The translations under genes and the position numbers were made by a program. Below the pieces are notes generated by a model. The model was given only the letters and a program-made list of their open reading frames with translations, did not search any database and was not told the origin of the DNA. From positions 14,162,521-14,226,520 of the forward strand of contig NC_057752.1 in assembly GCF_004010195.1 (NCBI RefSeq): a DNA stretch of 64,000 bases, in the 5' to 3' direction. This DNA is from Chiloscyllium plagiosum (taxonomy: Eukaryota). Shown here in pieces: positions 13,190-25,545 of the stretch (position 1 is the stretch's first letter; each line of letters opens with the position of its first letter).

Positions 13190-13760
13190 ACGATAGATTG
13201 TCAAACCTCCCAGAAGGCCCTAGTGCAAATATTGCTTTAGGTCTGGGCACTGCACCTTAGGAATGATATATGGATCTTGCAGTGGGTCATGGCAGATTCA
13301 TCAGAATGATACTGGAACTAAGAGAATTCAGTTATGAGGACAGTTAGGTGGACATGTTATTGTTCTTGCTTGAGTATTGAAAATTAAGATCAAATTGAGA
13401 TGTTTAATGTGATCAAAGGAGGTGGTAGGGTAGATAGAGAGAAACTGGTTTCTGCTGCTGGGAGAGTCCAGCACAAGGGGTCATGATCTTAAAATTTCAA
13501 CCAGGCCATTCAGGGCTGATGTCAGGAAGCACCTTTGTCACATAATTGTTGGTTCGAAATCTGAAAGTCGTTTCCTCCCTGACCCCCCTGAAGAAGCTGT
13601 TACAGCTCGGAGTTATTGAAAATGTCAAAACTGAGATTGGTAGATCTTTGTTTGATGAGGTATGAGGGAATAGGGAACCAAGGCAGTTCAAATGGAGTTA
13701 AGATACAGATCAGCCGTGATCGAATTCTGCCGCAGCAAGGCAGGCTCAATGAGCTGAATG
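13190..13760 (+). mobile_element. Old, diverged CR1-type LINE 3' fragment
   Basis: Degenerate similarity to the other CR1 3' ends, finishing ..gctgaatggcctcct. Confidence 0.55.
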
Positions 13761-14139
13761 GCCTCCTTATGTTGGAATGGGGCAGAAGGAGAAAGCATTG
13801 TTGGCGATGCTGTGGCTCTGAAAGGACGAGTAAAAATGGAATCAAACAACAACACTTATTTAGACCAGGTGATGAAAGGGTGTCGGAGGAAGATGTCAGT
13901 GGCTGCAAGCAAGATTTTGATTGGAGTCATTTCATTCCTGTAGCAGGGGGGCAAACCTGATTGAATGTTTGGGTGAAGGGAACTGCAGAGAGGCACAGTG
14001 GTTGTCAGTCCATTGGCAGTGGTGGGGGTGGGTGAGTGAGCGGGGGCGCGGGAGTAATGGTGAGTAGGATGCATGGGGATGAGTTTTTGAGGTTTACCCT
14101 CCTTGAGTGTTGAGAAAGGAAGCCTGGAGTTACAACAAG

Positions 14140-14745
14140 CAATTTGGAAGTCAAATTGCATGTTGGTCTTCGTCGAAGGGGTCTGGAGCACAAGAAGGTT
14201 TACTTTTATTACATGGGGCTTTGCTGAGACCACATCTGGAATGGTGTGATGTAGATTTGGTCTCCAGATTGACAGAGGTATACTTTTGTATCAGAGGTGG
14301 GACAGCGAAGATTCAATTGATCAATCCTTGAGATAAGAGGGTTGTCCTATGATGAGAGACTGATTAAATTGGGTTGACATTCTCTGGAGTTTAGCAGAAT
14401 GAGACAGATTTGAGTTTGAAGAGTCTTGATGGGGTTGATACTGAGAGGTTGTTTCCCCCTGGCTGGAGAATCTCGAACACAATGGGAGCGGGTACAGTTT
14501 CAGGGTAAGGGGATGATCATTTCGGGCTGAGATCAGGAGATTTCTTCACTCAGAGTGAGGTGTGAATTATTAGAATTCTCTACTGCAGAGGGATGTGGAT
14601 GATCCATCATTTAAGACTGGGATAAACTCATTTTTGGCCTCTCAGGGGATACGTAGGTGCAAAAGTGATGTTAAGGCAGAAGCATGATTGGATTGAATGG
14701 TAGAGCTGGCCTGAAGGGCTGAATGGCCATCTCCTCCTATTCGTG
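14140..14745 (+). mobile_element. Old, diverged CR1-type LINE 3' fragment
   Basis: gagaccacatctggaa..., ttcttcactcagag..., aagggctgaatggcc tail. Confidence 0.6.
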
Positions 14746-15555
14746 GCCTTGTGAAAGTCAGCAAGTAAGGAGGCTCAGGCAATTGGCGTACCCCTTTGCT
14801 GAGTCTTGTGAGGGGATACGGGGAAGCTATGGGTTTGTGCAGAGCAGATTCAAGCCCTGCGCAGCAGTGAGCTGGAAGGCAAAGGAGTTGTGATAAGGAG
14901 ATTGTGAGGCAGCATGGACAAGGTGGAGAAATGAAAAGTTGGCATGTATGGGCAAAAGATAGGGCCATAAAGGATCAAAAGTTACAAAGAGAGATGGTTG
15001 TAACAGATTCAGGTCTGGAACATTACCAGGAAGTGCATGTGAACAGACACTGGGTAATATCGAGACAGAGAACATGAGGAGAGACCTGTCCTGGTCAGAA
15101 ATAGATGGAGAGGTGACATAGAGATGGAGTTGAACTGTTTGGAGTCAGATTTCAAAGTCCAGGTTGAGGGTCAGTCTAGGAGAGAGAGCAAACACCGGAG
15201 CTGTTGAAGGAGCAGATTATTAGCAGGTAATCTCTTCCCAGCACTTCTCTGTTGCTCTTGCAGCAGCCTTTATTATTGGATGTAACAAATGCACCCAGCG
15301 CAGAAAATGAAACCAAAGAATTGCTTATTACCAAAAGGCCTTAATAAAGAAAAGAAATAGGCTCACCTCAAGTCTGTGTGCAACTGTCTAACAGCACTTT
15401 ATGTGCATGAGGAACTTGATGAGGCACTGGAAGTAGGCACACTTGCACAAACTCTCAAAATTTCTCCTTTAGCTTTTTATTTTGCAACCGCTAGCTCCAA
15501 TGGCAAGAGGCCCAAGAGGCTTAAAAGAAACTCTAACTTTTTTTTAATCTTCCAG

Positions 15556-15719
15556 TGGTCCGCACAGACAGCCTGAAAGGTCGCAGAGGTCGACTTCCAT
15601 CCAAACCAAAGAGTGTTCAAGAAGCCACGCCTTCAAATGTTCCAGTTAGTCTCATCACAGCGCTGGTCAGGGCACATATTGATTCCAACCCAATCATGTC
15701 TAATCTAGATTATTCCAAG
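15556..15719 (+). CDS. NR4A1: NR4A exon: C-terminal extension (T/A box, [10 protein letters not shown]), hinge and start of the ligand-binding domain
   Basis: Acceptor tttttaatcttccag| and donor |gtaaat; 164 nt; phase matches the previous exon. Translates (V)[54 protein letters not shown]. Confidence 0.95.
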
Positions 15720-16029
15720 GTAAATATGAGACGGCAAAACAGTTGAGGGGTTTAAAAAGGAAACTGTTTGTGTTGGGGAGGAGGAGGCAGCATTTAAACC
15801 CATTTGCAAATCCAGTGAAATTCTTCTGACTTATTTGCCAATCATCAGGCCCAATGTTTGACTCTCTACGTGCATGCAACACGTAGGCCCAGGCCTCATC
15901 GAACCAGTGAGCTGTCGGCATCAGGCCACTCAGCCAGGAAAACCCTGCCAAGGGCATGTCAGGGCCCATGGGCGACAGCAACGACAACATTGGTTATTTA
16001 TATTGAGCCACAGCACGAATGCTAAACTT

Positions 16030-16160
16030 ACAACCACATGATGAAGGGGCAGCGCTCTGAAAGCTAGTGCTTCCAAATGAACCTGTTGGACTATAACCCG
16101 GTGTTGTGTGATTTTGAACTGTGTACACCCAGTCCAACACCGGCATCTCCAAATCATGAC
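16030..16160 (+). mobile_element. PLE-derived short element (family B) with mutated hammerhead core
   Basis: caaccac-ATGATGA-a-ggggc-agc-gctct-GAAA-gcta-gtg; the first C of CUGANGA is replaced by A relative to the 48316 copy. Confidence 0.65.
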
Positions 16161-16886
16161 TTACAATTTCAGGCCTCTTTTGCTCTATCACCCGTCAACA
16201 GTGTTGAGTTGCGTCTTAAAATGGAAATGATGGTCCGACATGTGTCATTTGTTTTTTGCGTGTGTGTGGTTGCTTATTTGGAAGGTTATAAGTGGCAATG
16301 GGAAGGTGATATGGTGAATTGACTTAAAATGTCCCTTTCCTTAAAAAAAGCCCATAACTCTTCCCCTCTCCCACCCCGCCAGCCAGGAGGCCGTTTGCTT
16401 ACCTGCAGTTCTACTCCAAATTAATACATATTCATTTGAGGTGAATATGTCAATCACATTCACCTCAACAAATAATCATCTGGAAGGGCGCAAAGAATCG
16501 AAAGGCAGCAAATGTGTGGCTCTGCGCGAAAAGGGAAAAAAAAAGCCTGGCGCCAACTTTACTTGTGCAAGCGTGCAATTTGTCTTCAGAAATTATTTGA
16601 GCGGTCACTTCTGTGTTGCCCATCCAAGCCTGGAGTAAATATGATCCGAAAGCAGCATGCATTCTCTGTCTAATAATAGAATGCCAATCAACATACAAAG
16701 CCCGAAATGTCAGATAGATTTGTACAAGTCAAATGCTTGATTGATGGTGGTCAATCGTATGCTTTGCAGAGAAATCTCACTCTAAACTAAGCCAACATTC
16801 CGTACTTTTGTTTGCCAGTTATAAAAGAAAATAGTTGTTCTCTTCAGCAGAAATGTTCTCCCATTGAATGACAATGTCTGCTACAG

Positions 16887-17089
16887 TTCCAGGAATCCAG
16901 CGTTTATCAGCCACAGGAAGACGAGGCTGGAGATATCCGACAGTTTTACGAGTTGTTGGCTGGTTCGATGGAAATGATACGCAAGTGGGCGGAGAAGATT
17001 CCGGGATTCAATGGTTTGCCTAAGGAAGATCAGGATCTACTACTGGAATCTGCTTTCCTCGAGCTCTTCATCCTCCGGTTAGCCTATAG
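16887..17089 (+). CDS. NR4A1: NR4A ligand-binding domain exon
   Basis: Acceptor ctacag| and donor |gtcagt; 203 nt. Translates [67 protein letters not shown](R). RKWAEK, DLLLES and LFILR are NR4A1-type. Confidence 0.95.
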
Positions 17090-17156
17090 GTCAGTATGGG
17101 AACACAATAGCCCCATCTGGAAGGACCTCGCTGCCTCCATTCTTTTCTTTGTATAC

Positions 17157-17784
17157 AGACAGGGTGGTTAAGAAGGTGTTCAGCATGCTTGCCTTCATTG
17201 CTCAGACCTTTCAGTATAGGAGTTGGGACGTCATGTTGTGGTTGTACAGGAAATTGATGAGGCCTGTTCTGGAATACTGTGTCCAGTTCTGGTCGCCATG
17301 ATATGGGAAGGATATTATTAAGCTGGAGAGGGTTCAGAAGAGATTTACCAGGATTTTGCTGGGAACTGAGGGTTTAAGTTATTAGGAGAGCCTGGACAGG
17401 GTTGGGACTTCTTTCCCTGGAGCATGGGAGGTTGAGCGGTGACTTCATAAAGGTTATAGAATCATGAGGGATATAGATCGAGTTAATGGTAGGTGTCTTT
17501 TCCCCAGGGTGAGGGATTTCAATACTAGGGGGCATATTTTTAAGGTGAGGGGAGAAAGATTTTAAAAAGATATTAGGGGCAATTTTTTTATACAGAGAGT
17601 GGTTCATGGATGGAATGAACTTCCTGAGGAAGTGGTGGATGCGGGTACAGTTACAATGTTTAAAAGACATTTGGATAAGTGCAGGAATAGGAAAGGTTTG
17701 GAGCGATATGAGTGAGGCGCAGGCAGGTGGGACTACTTTAGTTTGGGATTACAGTCGGCAGGGACTGGTTGGACTGAAGGGTCT
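17157..17784 (+). mobile_element. 5'-truncated CR1 LINE
   Basis: gaatactgtgtccagttctggtcgcc...agagggttcagaagagatttaccagg...; its tail is interrupted by the PLE at 17785. Confidence 0.85.
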
Positions 17785-18568
17785 AGGAGAAAGTGAGGAC
17801 TGCAGATGTTGGAGATCAGAGTCGAGTGTGTGGCGCTGGAAGAGCACAGCCGGTCAGGCAGCATCCGAGGAGCAGGAGAATTGACGCTTCAGGCATAAGC
17901 CCTTCATCAGGAATGAGGCTTATGGGCCATGGGGGCTGAGGGATAAATGGGAGAGGAGGTTGAGGGGCTGGGGGGAAGGTAGCTGGGAAAGTGATAGGTA
18001 GATGAAGGTGGGGAAGGTGATAGGTTGGAGAGGAGGTGGAGCAGATAGATGGGAAAAGTGATGGACAGGTCAGGAGAGTGGTGCCGAGTTGGAGGCTTGG
18101 GACTGGGATAAAGTGGGAGGGAGGGGAAGATAAGGAACCTGTTGAAATCCACATTAATCCCGTGTGGTTCCAGGGTCCCAAGGCGGAATGAGGCGTTCAT
18201 CCTCCAGGCGTTGGGTGGTAATGGTCTGGCGATGGAGGAGGCCCAAGACCTGCATGTCCTTGATGGAGTGGGAGGGGGAGTTGAACTGTTCAGCCACTGG
18301 GCAGTGAGGTTGGTGGGTGCGGGTGTCCCAGAGATGTTCTCTGAAATGATCCGCAAGTTGGCATCCCGTCTCCCTGATGTAGAGGAGACCATGCGGGTGC
18401 AACAGATACAATAGATGACATTAGTGGAGGTACAGGTAAATTTCTGTTGGATGTGGAAGGATCCTTTGGGGCCTTGGGTGAGGGGAGTGGTGTGGGCGCA
18501 GGTTTTGCACTTCTTGCGGTGGCAGGGGAAGGTGCTGGGAATGGGCTGGTGGGGTGTATGGACCTTAT
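17785..18568 (-). mobile_element. Penelope-like element 3' fragment: Cys-rich linker, GIY-YIG endonuclease and terminal repeat
   Basis: Frameshifted translation TFPCHRKKCKTC..FTCTSTNVIYCICC..LYIRETGCQLADHFREH..PVAEQFNSPSHS..MQVLGL matches PLE GIY-YIG domains. Degenerate hammerhead at 17883-17910 (-), with GAAA changed to GAAG. Confidence 0.85.
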
Positions 18569-18585
18569 AAGGGACCTGTTTCCAT

Positions 18586-19285
18586 ATAAGAGGTATCGTT
18601 AGTAAGTTTGCAGATGACACCAAAATTGGAGGACCGTGTGGACCATGAAGAAGATTACCTCAGATTACAACAGGATCTTGATCAAATGGGCAAATGGGCT
18701 GAGAAGTGGCCAACTCGTCCATGCCGATCAGATATCCCAACCTAATCTGGTCCCACTGCCAGCACCCAACCCATATCCCTCTAAACCCTTCCTATTCACA
18801 TACCCACCCAGATGCCTTTTAAATGCTGTAATTCTACCAGCCTTCACCACTTCCTCTGGCAGGTCATTCCATACACGTACCACTTTCTGCATGAAAAAGT
18901 TACCTCTTCGGTCCCTTTTAAATCTTTCCCCTCTCCCCTTAAACCTGTGCCCTTTTAGTTCTGGACTCCCCCACCCCAGAGAAAAGACCTTGTCTATTTA
19001 CCCTATCCATGCCCCTCATAATTTTATAAACCTCTATAAGGTCACCCCTCAGCCTCCGACTCTTCAGGGATAACAGTCCCAGCCTATTCAGCCTCTCCCT
19101 ATAGCTCAAACCTTCTAACCCTGGCAACATCCTTGTAAATCTTTTCTGAACCCTTTCAGTTTTCACAACATTTTTCCTAAAGCAGGAAGACCAGAATTGC
19201 ACACAGTATTCCAAAAGCGGTCTAACCAATGTCCTGTATAGCTGCAACATGACCTCCCAACCCCTCCACTGAATACTCTGACCAA
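18586..19285 (-). mobile_element. CR1 fragments: + piece 18586-18708 abutting - piece 18709-19285
   Basis: agtaagtttgcagatgacacc (SKFADDT) on +, followed by ORF 18939..19250 (-) encoding the CR1 C-terminus. Confidence 0.8.
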
Positions 19286-19374
19286 ATGCCCATCAGATCC
19301 TTGCCAATGCCAACTCAGTACAAACATTGTCTTTTACATTGGTGTGTATGGTGCACAGGCCCATGGTGATGGCA

Positions 19375-19675
19375 TAAAATCCCTACAGTGTAGAAACAGG
19401 CCATACTGACCTTCTAAAGAGCATCCCACCAGACCTACTCCCTACTGTCTTCCTGAAACCTTGCATTTCCCATTGCTAATGCACCTAGCCTGCACATCTG
19501 TGAACACTATGGGCAATTTAGCACAGCCAATCCACCCTAACCTGCACGTTTTTGGACTGTGGGAGGAAACCCACAGAGAATGTGCAAACTTAACACAGAC
19601 AGTAGCCCGAAGCTGGAATCAAACCTGAGTCCCTGCTGCTGTGAGGCAGCAGTGCTAACCACTGAGCCACCATGC
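19375..19675 (-). mobile_element. HE1-type V-SINE
   Basis: gtgaggcagcagtgctaaccactgagccacc head and internal repeat. Confidence 0.8.
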
Positions 19676-20276
19676 AGTTTAACTATCCCTGTTCTTCCTA
19701 GTCCTTCTTAGTGTTAAAGAAAGAATTTGCATTTATGTAGCCCCTTTCATAACCACAGGACATCCCAAATTGCTTCATACACAAGGAGTGTCATTCCAGT
19801 TTCCATGTCGGAAGAGCAAGCAGTTTATGCACAGCTTCCATACGCTGTGATGCAATAATGTCCAGGTCATGTGTTTGTGGGCCACCTGATTGGAGACGTT
19901 ATTAAAGCTGGTTGCAATCCTGCCCTCAAACTGACATGTATACACACGTGGATAACCATCAAGAATGGGAAGTGTGTTCCTCCACTCTTTTGTACCAACA
20001 ATTCCAATCTGGTCAGTCCTGGTCGAAGAGCTGCTCAAAGCAGAAGTGGCACTCAGTCGCAATATCCTCAATGGAATAGTCCTAGAAATTATGGGGGAAT
20101 AAACATCGTGCCTTTGTTGTGCGGATAGTAAACGTCTGTCAGTGTGCAATGAATTCTGTGTTTAAGTGGAGTAACCGATTTATTTGATTTTTGTTCCCCC
20201 TTTCTGTTAGTCCAAGACTGACAGGAAGATTGATTGGCTTGAATAGTGAGAGGTTGTGTTTACATGTTACTTGCAG

Positions 20277-20455
20277 GTCCAGCCCTGACGAAGGCAAGCT
20301 GATCTTCTGCAGTGGCATCGTCCTCCACCGTCAGCAATGTGTGCGCGGCTTTGGCGAATGGATTGACTCTATCATTGACTTCTCCGGCACCCTGCAGCGG
20401 ATGAAGATCGATGTGTCCAGCTTCGCCTGCCTTGCAGCGTTGGTTGTCATAACAG
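20277..20455 (+). CDS. NR4A1: NR4A ligand-binding domain exon
   Basis: Acceptor ttgcag| and donor |gtgag; 179 nt. Translates [59 protein letters not shown]. Confidence 0.95.
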
Positions 20456-22084
20456 GTGAGTTTGTCCTTTCGTTCAGACTTTCCCGGTGAGGGCCTTCTT
20501 CTAACTGTGGTGTCCCTTATCCTGAGCAAGCTGCCACCCAGAAACACTTTCCCTGCCTGTTCTCCCTTTAAAGAGGCATCATTGTCAAGGGTCTCTGGTT
20601 TTTGACTCAAATATATCGTTCGCCTTCAGCAAGAGCAATAGACACATCATAATAGACACCTCTCTGCTCAGCATGCACCTCCCCTGGCTTCCTGTCTTTG
20701 CAAACATCACTTCTTCTCTCTTCTGACTACAATGAAATTGCATAAACTAGTTGAAATCATCTATGCTGTATCTCACTTACCACTACACAGCTCTGTATGG
20801 AGCATGCTTCCTGAACACGATCTACCTTTGCGATCCAGGCATGAGAAGCAAGGGAAGTCGCGAACAAGTTTTGTGTGACAGATCTGTAATGGCAGGTTTT
20901 TGCACCCCCACGGTGAGCGTGGTCCTTGCTACAGAGGTTCAGAATAAGCCAGGGCCCCTGTGCAGCCTATGTCCATTATTGAGGCCTCACTACAAACAAC
21001 CTTCTGCACTTGCGGAGAGACACAGACAATGCTGCACAGTATTGAGGGAAATCCCGTTCACAAAGTAAGTCAGGAACGAATCACCTTCAGCTCAGCAAAT
21101 GATGAGGCTCACAACTGACTCCAGGGATTTGCATCAATTAAATAAAGAAATAATCAGCTTTCACTCCATCAATTTGTCCTGTAGTACTTTCTTGATATTG
21201 TAAACTAAATGTTTTGAATAATAAGCCTGATAATTGTTGGACCTTATTATACAACCTGGACAAGGTTCTCAAACTCCACAGGATAAAATTTTATAAAGCA
21301 GCTGAAATGTGAAATGAGGCAGCAGTTCAGTTTGAGCAATGACCTCGGTTTGATCGTAACCACAAATTGCTTGGAGTCATTCACCTCTTATCCACAGCAG
21401 CTCCATTGCATGTTGTAACTACTCCTGGCTCTTGCACTCAGTTTGCCTATGCAGCCACCTCCCTCGAAGACAAACTTTCAGAGTGCCTGAAGTAGCATAC
21501 AGGGAAATTTTGGCTCTAAACCAGGAAGTCTGGGGAGTCCTTCAACCATGGCTGGCCAATACGATACCAGTATGTGTGCCCCTGATTTATCAACACGGTT
21601 CTCTTAAATTATGTCACCAAAAAGAATTCAGGGTAAATACAATACCAGTACTCTTTAGTTATCTTTCCTCTTTAAATCTATTGAGCATTTTCTGTTTCCC
21701 TTGGCCCAGTACTCCTCTCCAATTATGGGCACAGGCCCCTCAGACCGCTTCCTCTTGGAATTAGAGAACTATGGGACAGCCTAGGGGGCATTTGTACCCA
21801 AGATCCTCCCTGGTGAAGCAGGGCGGGGAGGGGGTGTGTGGGGGGTGCCTGAGAGAGTGGGTGGTGTGCAGGGATCCTAGCAAAAAAACTGCTTCTCAGT
21901 CTGCCCTCTATCTTTAGATTGAAATAAAAATAATCTATCGTCATGTGAGCGTGGGGGGATTTTCCTCCAAGTGGTTGATAGTTGTTCACATGATCCTTGA
22001 GTTGTAAAGTTTTGCTTTATTGTTTATTCATCCATTTCTGTAAACTAGTTTCATGGGCTTGTGGTGGTTTTTACGATGTTTCAG

Positions 22085-22341
22085 ACCGGCACGGCTTAAA
22101 AGAACCCAAGAAGGTCGAAGACCTGCAGACCAAGATAATAACGTGCCTGAAAGACCATGTCACATCCAGTGCAGGTGAGCAGATGCGGCCAAACTACTTA
22201 TCCAAGCTTCTGGGCAAGCTGCCAGAACTGTGCACACTCTGTACACAAGGACTGCAACGCATTTTTTACCTGAAACTCGCTGACCTGGTTCCTCCACCTG
22301 CCATTGTCGATAAGCTATTCTTGGACACGTTGCCTTTCTAG
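22085..22341 (+). CDS. NR4A1: NR4A terminal coding exon (end of ligand-binding domain, AF-2), ending in TAG
   Basis: Acceptor gtttcag|; 257 nt. Translates (D)[84 protein letters not shown], with the diagnostic NR4A C-terminus DTLPF. Confidence 0.95.
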
Positions 22342-24966
22342 AGAAGCTGCCAAGCTGTATAACTGTTGAACTGGACCCCAGCCATCATCTTTGATGTTGC
22401 AGTATGAGCAGGGAGTTCAACTTACACTGGAACCCGTTCCAAAATTGGATGGCTTCAGGAAATGGACAAATACGCTATGCGCTAATTGGGTTTGCTGTTT
22501 TTCAAACATGCTGTTTTTATTTTATTCAGCATTACAGATTGTTGGAGAAAAAAATGTCCCTTTGCTACATTGCAGTTTCTACAAAGCAATCTAACCATAC
22601 AGCTTCTCTGAGCTTTCACAAACTTGGGAGATCAGATATTCTCAGAGAAGATAATAGCACTGGTTAGAGACATTCTCTCCCTCTGTCCCATATGTCATGG
22701 CCCTAAATCCTAAACTTAAGAATGAATGCAATGTGATGCCATTTCTGTGTTGTACACTCTCAATTATAGTCATCTATCACAGCTAAAGAATCACAAATGA
22801 GAGTCAAGGAACATGGTCTTTGGGCCAAATGGGAAAAGTCAAGACTGAGCTTATTTCAGCCATCATTTATCTAAGAAAATGGATATGTTCTTTATCTGTC
22901 TGGCTGGATTTGTAATAATATGTCAGATGTAGGAATACCGTGTGCAACCCAGTCATCTTTGGAAAGAGTAAAGCTATCTGAGATGGATTTTGAAAGGACA
23001 ACATTTGTGAACAGTGTGATAAGTCAATCTTCAAAAGGTTCTTTCAAGGCCAGACCTGGACAGTCAGGACTGAGAAGCCTGAAGTGTGACAGACTAAACC
23101 TTGAACAATGTCACAAATGTATTCTGCATGAATATTTGACACCAAGGTTTAGCAAAAATAAAAAAATAAGGCAGTACTGAAGAAGCACACAGCCCTGACT
23201 GGAAGCTGTGACACTTCCAGTTATGAAGACTACACTCATGCAACATGACACAATTTAATGGTACTAGCTTGGGTGTGTTAAAAAGGTTATTTGTCTTGTT
23301 AAGATATGTTTTCCTTCTCTAACAGCATTGTGGGTGTACCTGCACCCTATGGACTGCAGTGGTTCAAGAAGGCAGCTCACGACCACCTTCTCAAGGGGCA
23401 GTTAGGGATGGGCAGTAAATGCTGGGCCCAGCCAGCAATGCTCAAGTCCTGTGAATGAAAAAAAATGTAATCCTGGAACTAAGAGTGGATCAATTTCAGT
23501 TTGTAGTAACCCCTCAAGGAAGGGTTCTGAGACTTGTGCATGAGAGAGCAAAGCCACTTGTCCCAATGGAAACAGGCACTTTATGGGTTGAGTTGGAGGG
23601 TAGATTGGGGCAGGCAGAGATGGTGGCAATGGCAGTTGAGATGGAGAGTGTGGTCTACGATTCCTTTTATTAATCTTGCTATTAGTTGGCTCCTTAGCTA
23701 TCGCAGAAACCCATATTGGTCACATCCACCAATGAGTTCTTTGGTTCCTTAAATGGACTGTAAACGTTTTCAAGCGGTTATTCCTGGCTTCAGTTAATGG
23801 TCACCCATATGACAAAAGGTTCAAATCAATTGGTCTATTGACTGGTTGACCTTGTGAGGGAGCAAGGGTGAAAGAGATGTATTGTACTGTCGTGGCAGGG
23901 AATAATTGTCTGATTTTATCGTATAGTGAGAGTATTATGACTGGGAATAACATGCTTTAATCTCAAACAAGGAGCACTGAATAAATTGTAGTACTTAACA
24001 CGTCTGATGCCAGAATGAAAATGTGTATATTTTATATTGGTTAAAAAAAACTCAGACTATGTTGACAGTGCCTTACCACTCATTATTGTACAGAAGGTGT
24101 TTGATTCTGATGTTTCCAGGAAATGGTTGAATTCAATGCACAATGTGTCGTCATGGTATTGAACCCTCATGTGTACACTTTTAAGGCTTGCTTCTAGGTT
24201 TGCAAAACTGGTCTCTTCTGCTTCGGGATTCGGACCTTTACAATGGGGCAGCTCAAGTATAAAGTTATAGCCACACTTTTAGACTTCAACCAGGCTTTTA
24301 ATGCGGACCATATTTGCGAGCGCCTGCAGGGGTTGGGGTTCAGAATGAGAGAACCACAATGGCGAAGCTTTGGGAATCCTGGAGAAATGGCGTGCCCAAC
24401 ATTGTGAAAGCAAAACCCTCTGGATGCTGAGAATCTGAAAGAAAAGCAGAAAATGCTGGAATTCCTGAATGTGTGTGGCAACCTCTGTGCAGAGTGGTAA
24501 ACCAAGTTTGCATTTTGCATCTGTGACATCTCATCGAGTCATACAAAAAAGAAACAGGCCCTTCGGCCCAACTTGTCCATGCTGACCGATCTTATGAACC
24601 CAAAACATTAACTCTCCACAGATGCTGCCTGACCTGTGGAAGATTTTCAACATTTTCTGTTTTTCGTAACCACTGATCCCACTATGCCACATTGGTACTT
24701 CGGCTGTTCCCTATTGAGGTCCACCTGCTTATGATAATAAGACTTTGTAATCTAGGAGAAAATGTAAGAGGTTGTTGCAAAATGCATATACTTTTCTATT
24801 GTTAATATATATTTTTAAACCAATATTTTTTCCAATGTGAGGGTATGACGTCAAGATGTCTAGCTTGATGTTTAAAAAAACCTGTCCTCTCTGAAAGCAA
24901 TCTCTCCTATTGTCACATCTGTTCTGTGCACAAATTGTGCATGGGGTCACTTGTGGAGTTAGTGCT

Positions 24967-24972
24967 AATAAA
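24967..24972 (+). terminator. Candidate distal polyadenylation signal AATAAA of the NR4A transcript
   Basis: AATAAA at the end of an AU-rich, 3'UTR-like stretch (~24730-24990). Another AATAAA lies at 23980-23985. No transcript evidence is available. Confidence 0.4.
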
Positions 24973-25314
24973 AGCTTTTATCTATTCTAGCACTGCTCTG
25001 AACCATCCTCCCTGGTGTAGCACGCATTCTTAAACATGAAGTCTCGTCCATATCCCAATAAAAGGCCTGATTGAGCACAAAGCCACGCTTCCTTGGATTT
25101 CTTGCGTATCGCATATAACGTGCGTGAAGAATGAAAGCTTGCAGCTAAGGCTACCAGCAGCAGGTTTTGCCTGCCTGAGTGCAATGCCCAGTGTCACATT
25201 GGCACGCTGTTGCATGAAAAGCACGTACTGCAGGAGGCAGCTACCAAGGTGAGTCAGGGACCACTGGATGTTGACCAGTGTCCCAAGCAATGAACAGAAT
25301 GTGAGACAGCTACA

Positions 25315-25430
25315 CACAATTGATGGAGAAACTCAGCAAGTCTGGCAGCATCTGTGGAGAGAGAAAAACTCGATGTCTCAAGTCCAGTGACCCCATTCTG
25401 AGGATGGGCCACTGGACTTGAAATGTTAAC

Positions 25431-25466
<36 letters not shown>

Positions 25467-25545
25467 CACAGATGCTGCCAGACCTGCTGAGTTTCTCCAG
25501 CAAATTTCTGGTGTTACTTTAGATCTTCAGCATCTGCAGTTTATC
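25315..25545. mobile_element. Palindromic PLE-derived element (family C) with degenerate hammerhead and (CT)n expansion
   Basis: Arms gaaactcagcaagtctggcagcatctgtggagagag / ctctctccacagatgctgccagacctgctgagtttc; ctgagga..gggccactggacttgaaatgtta near 25398-25428. Confidence 0.6.
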
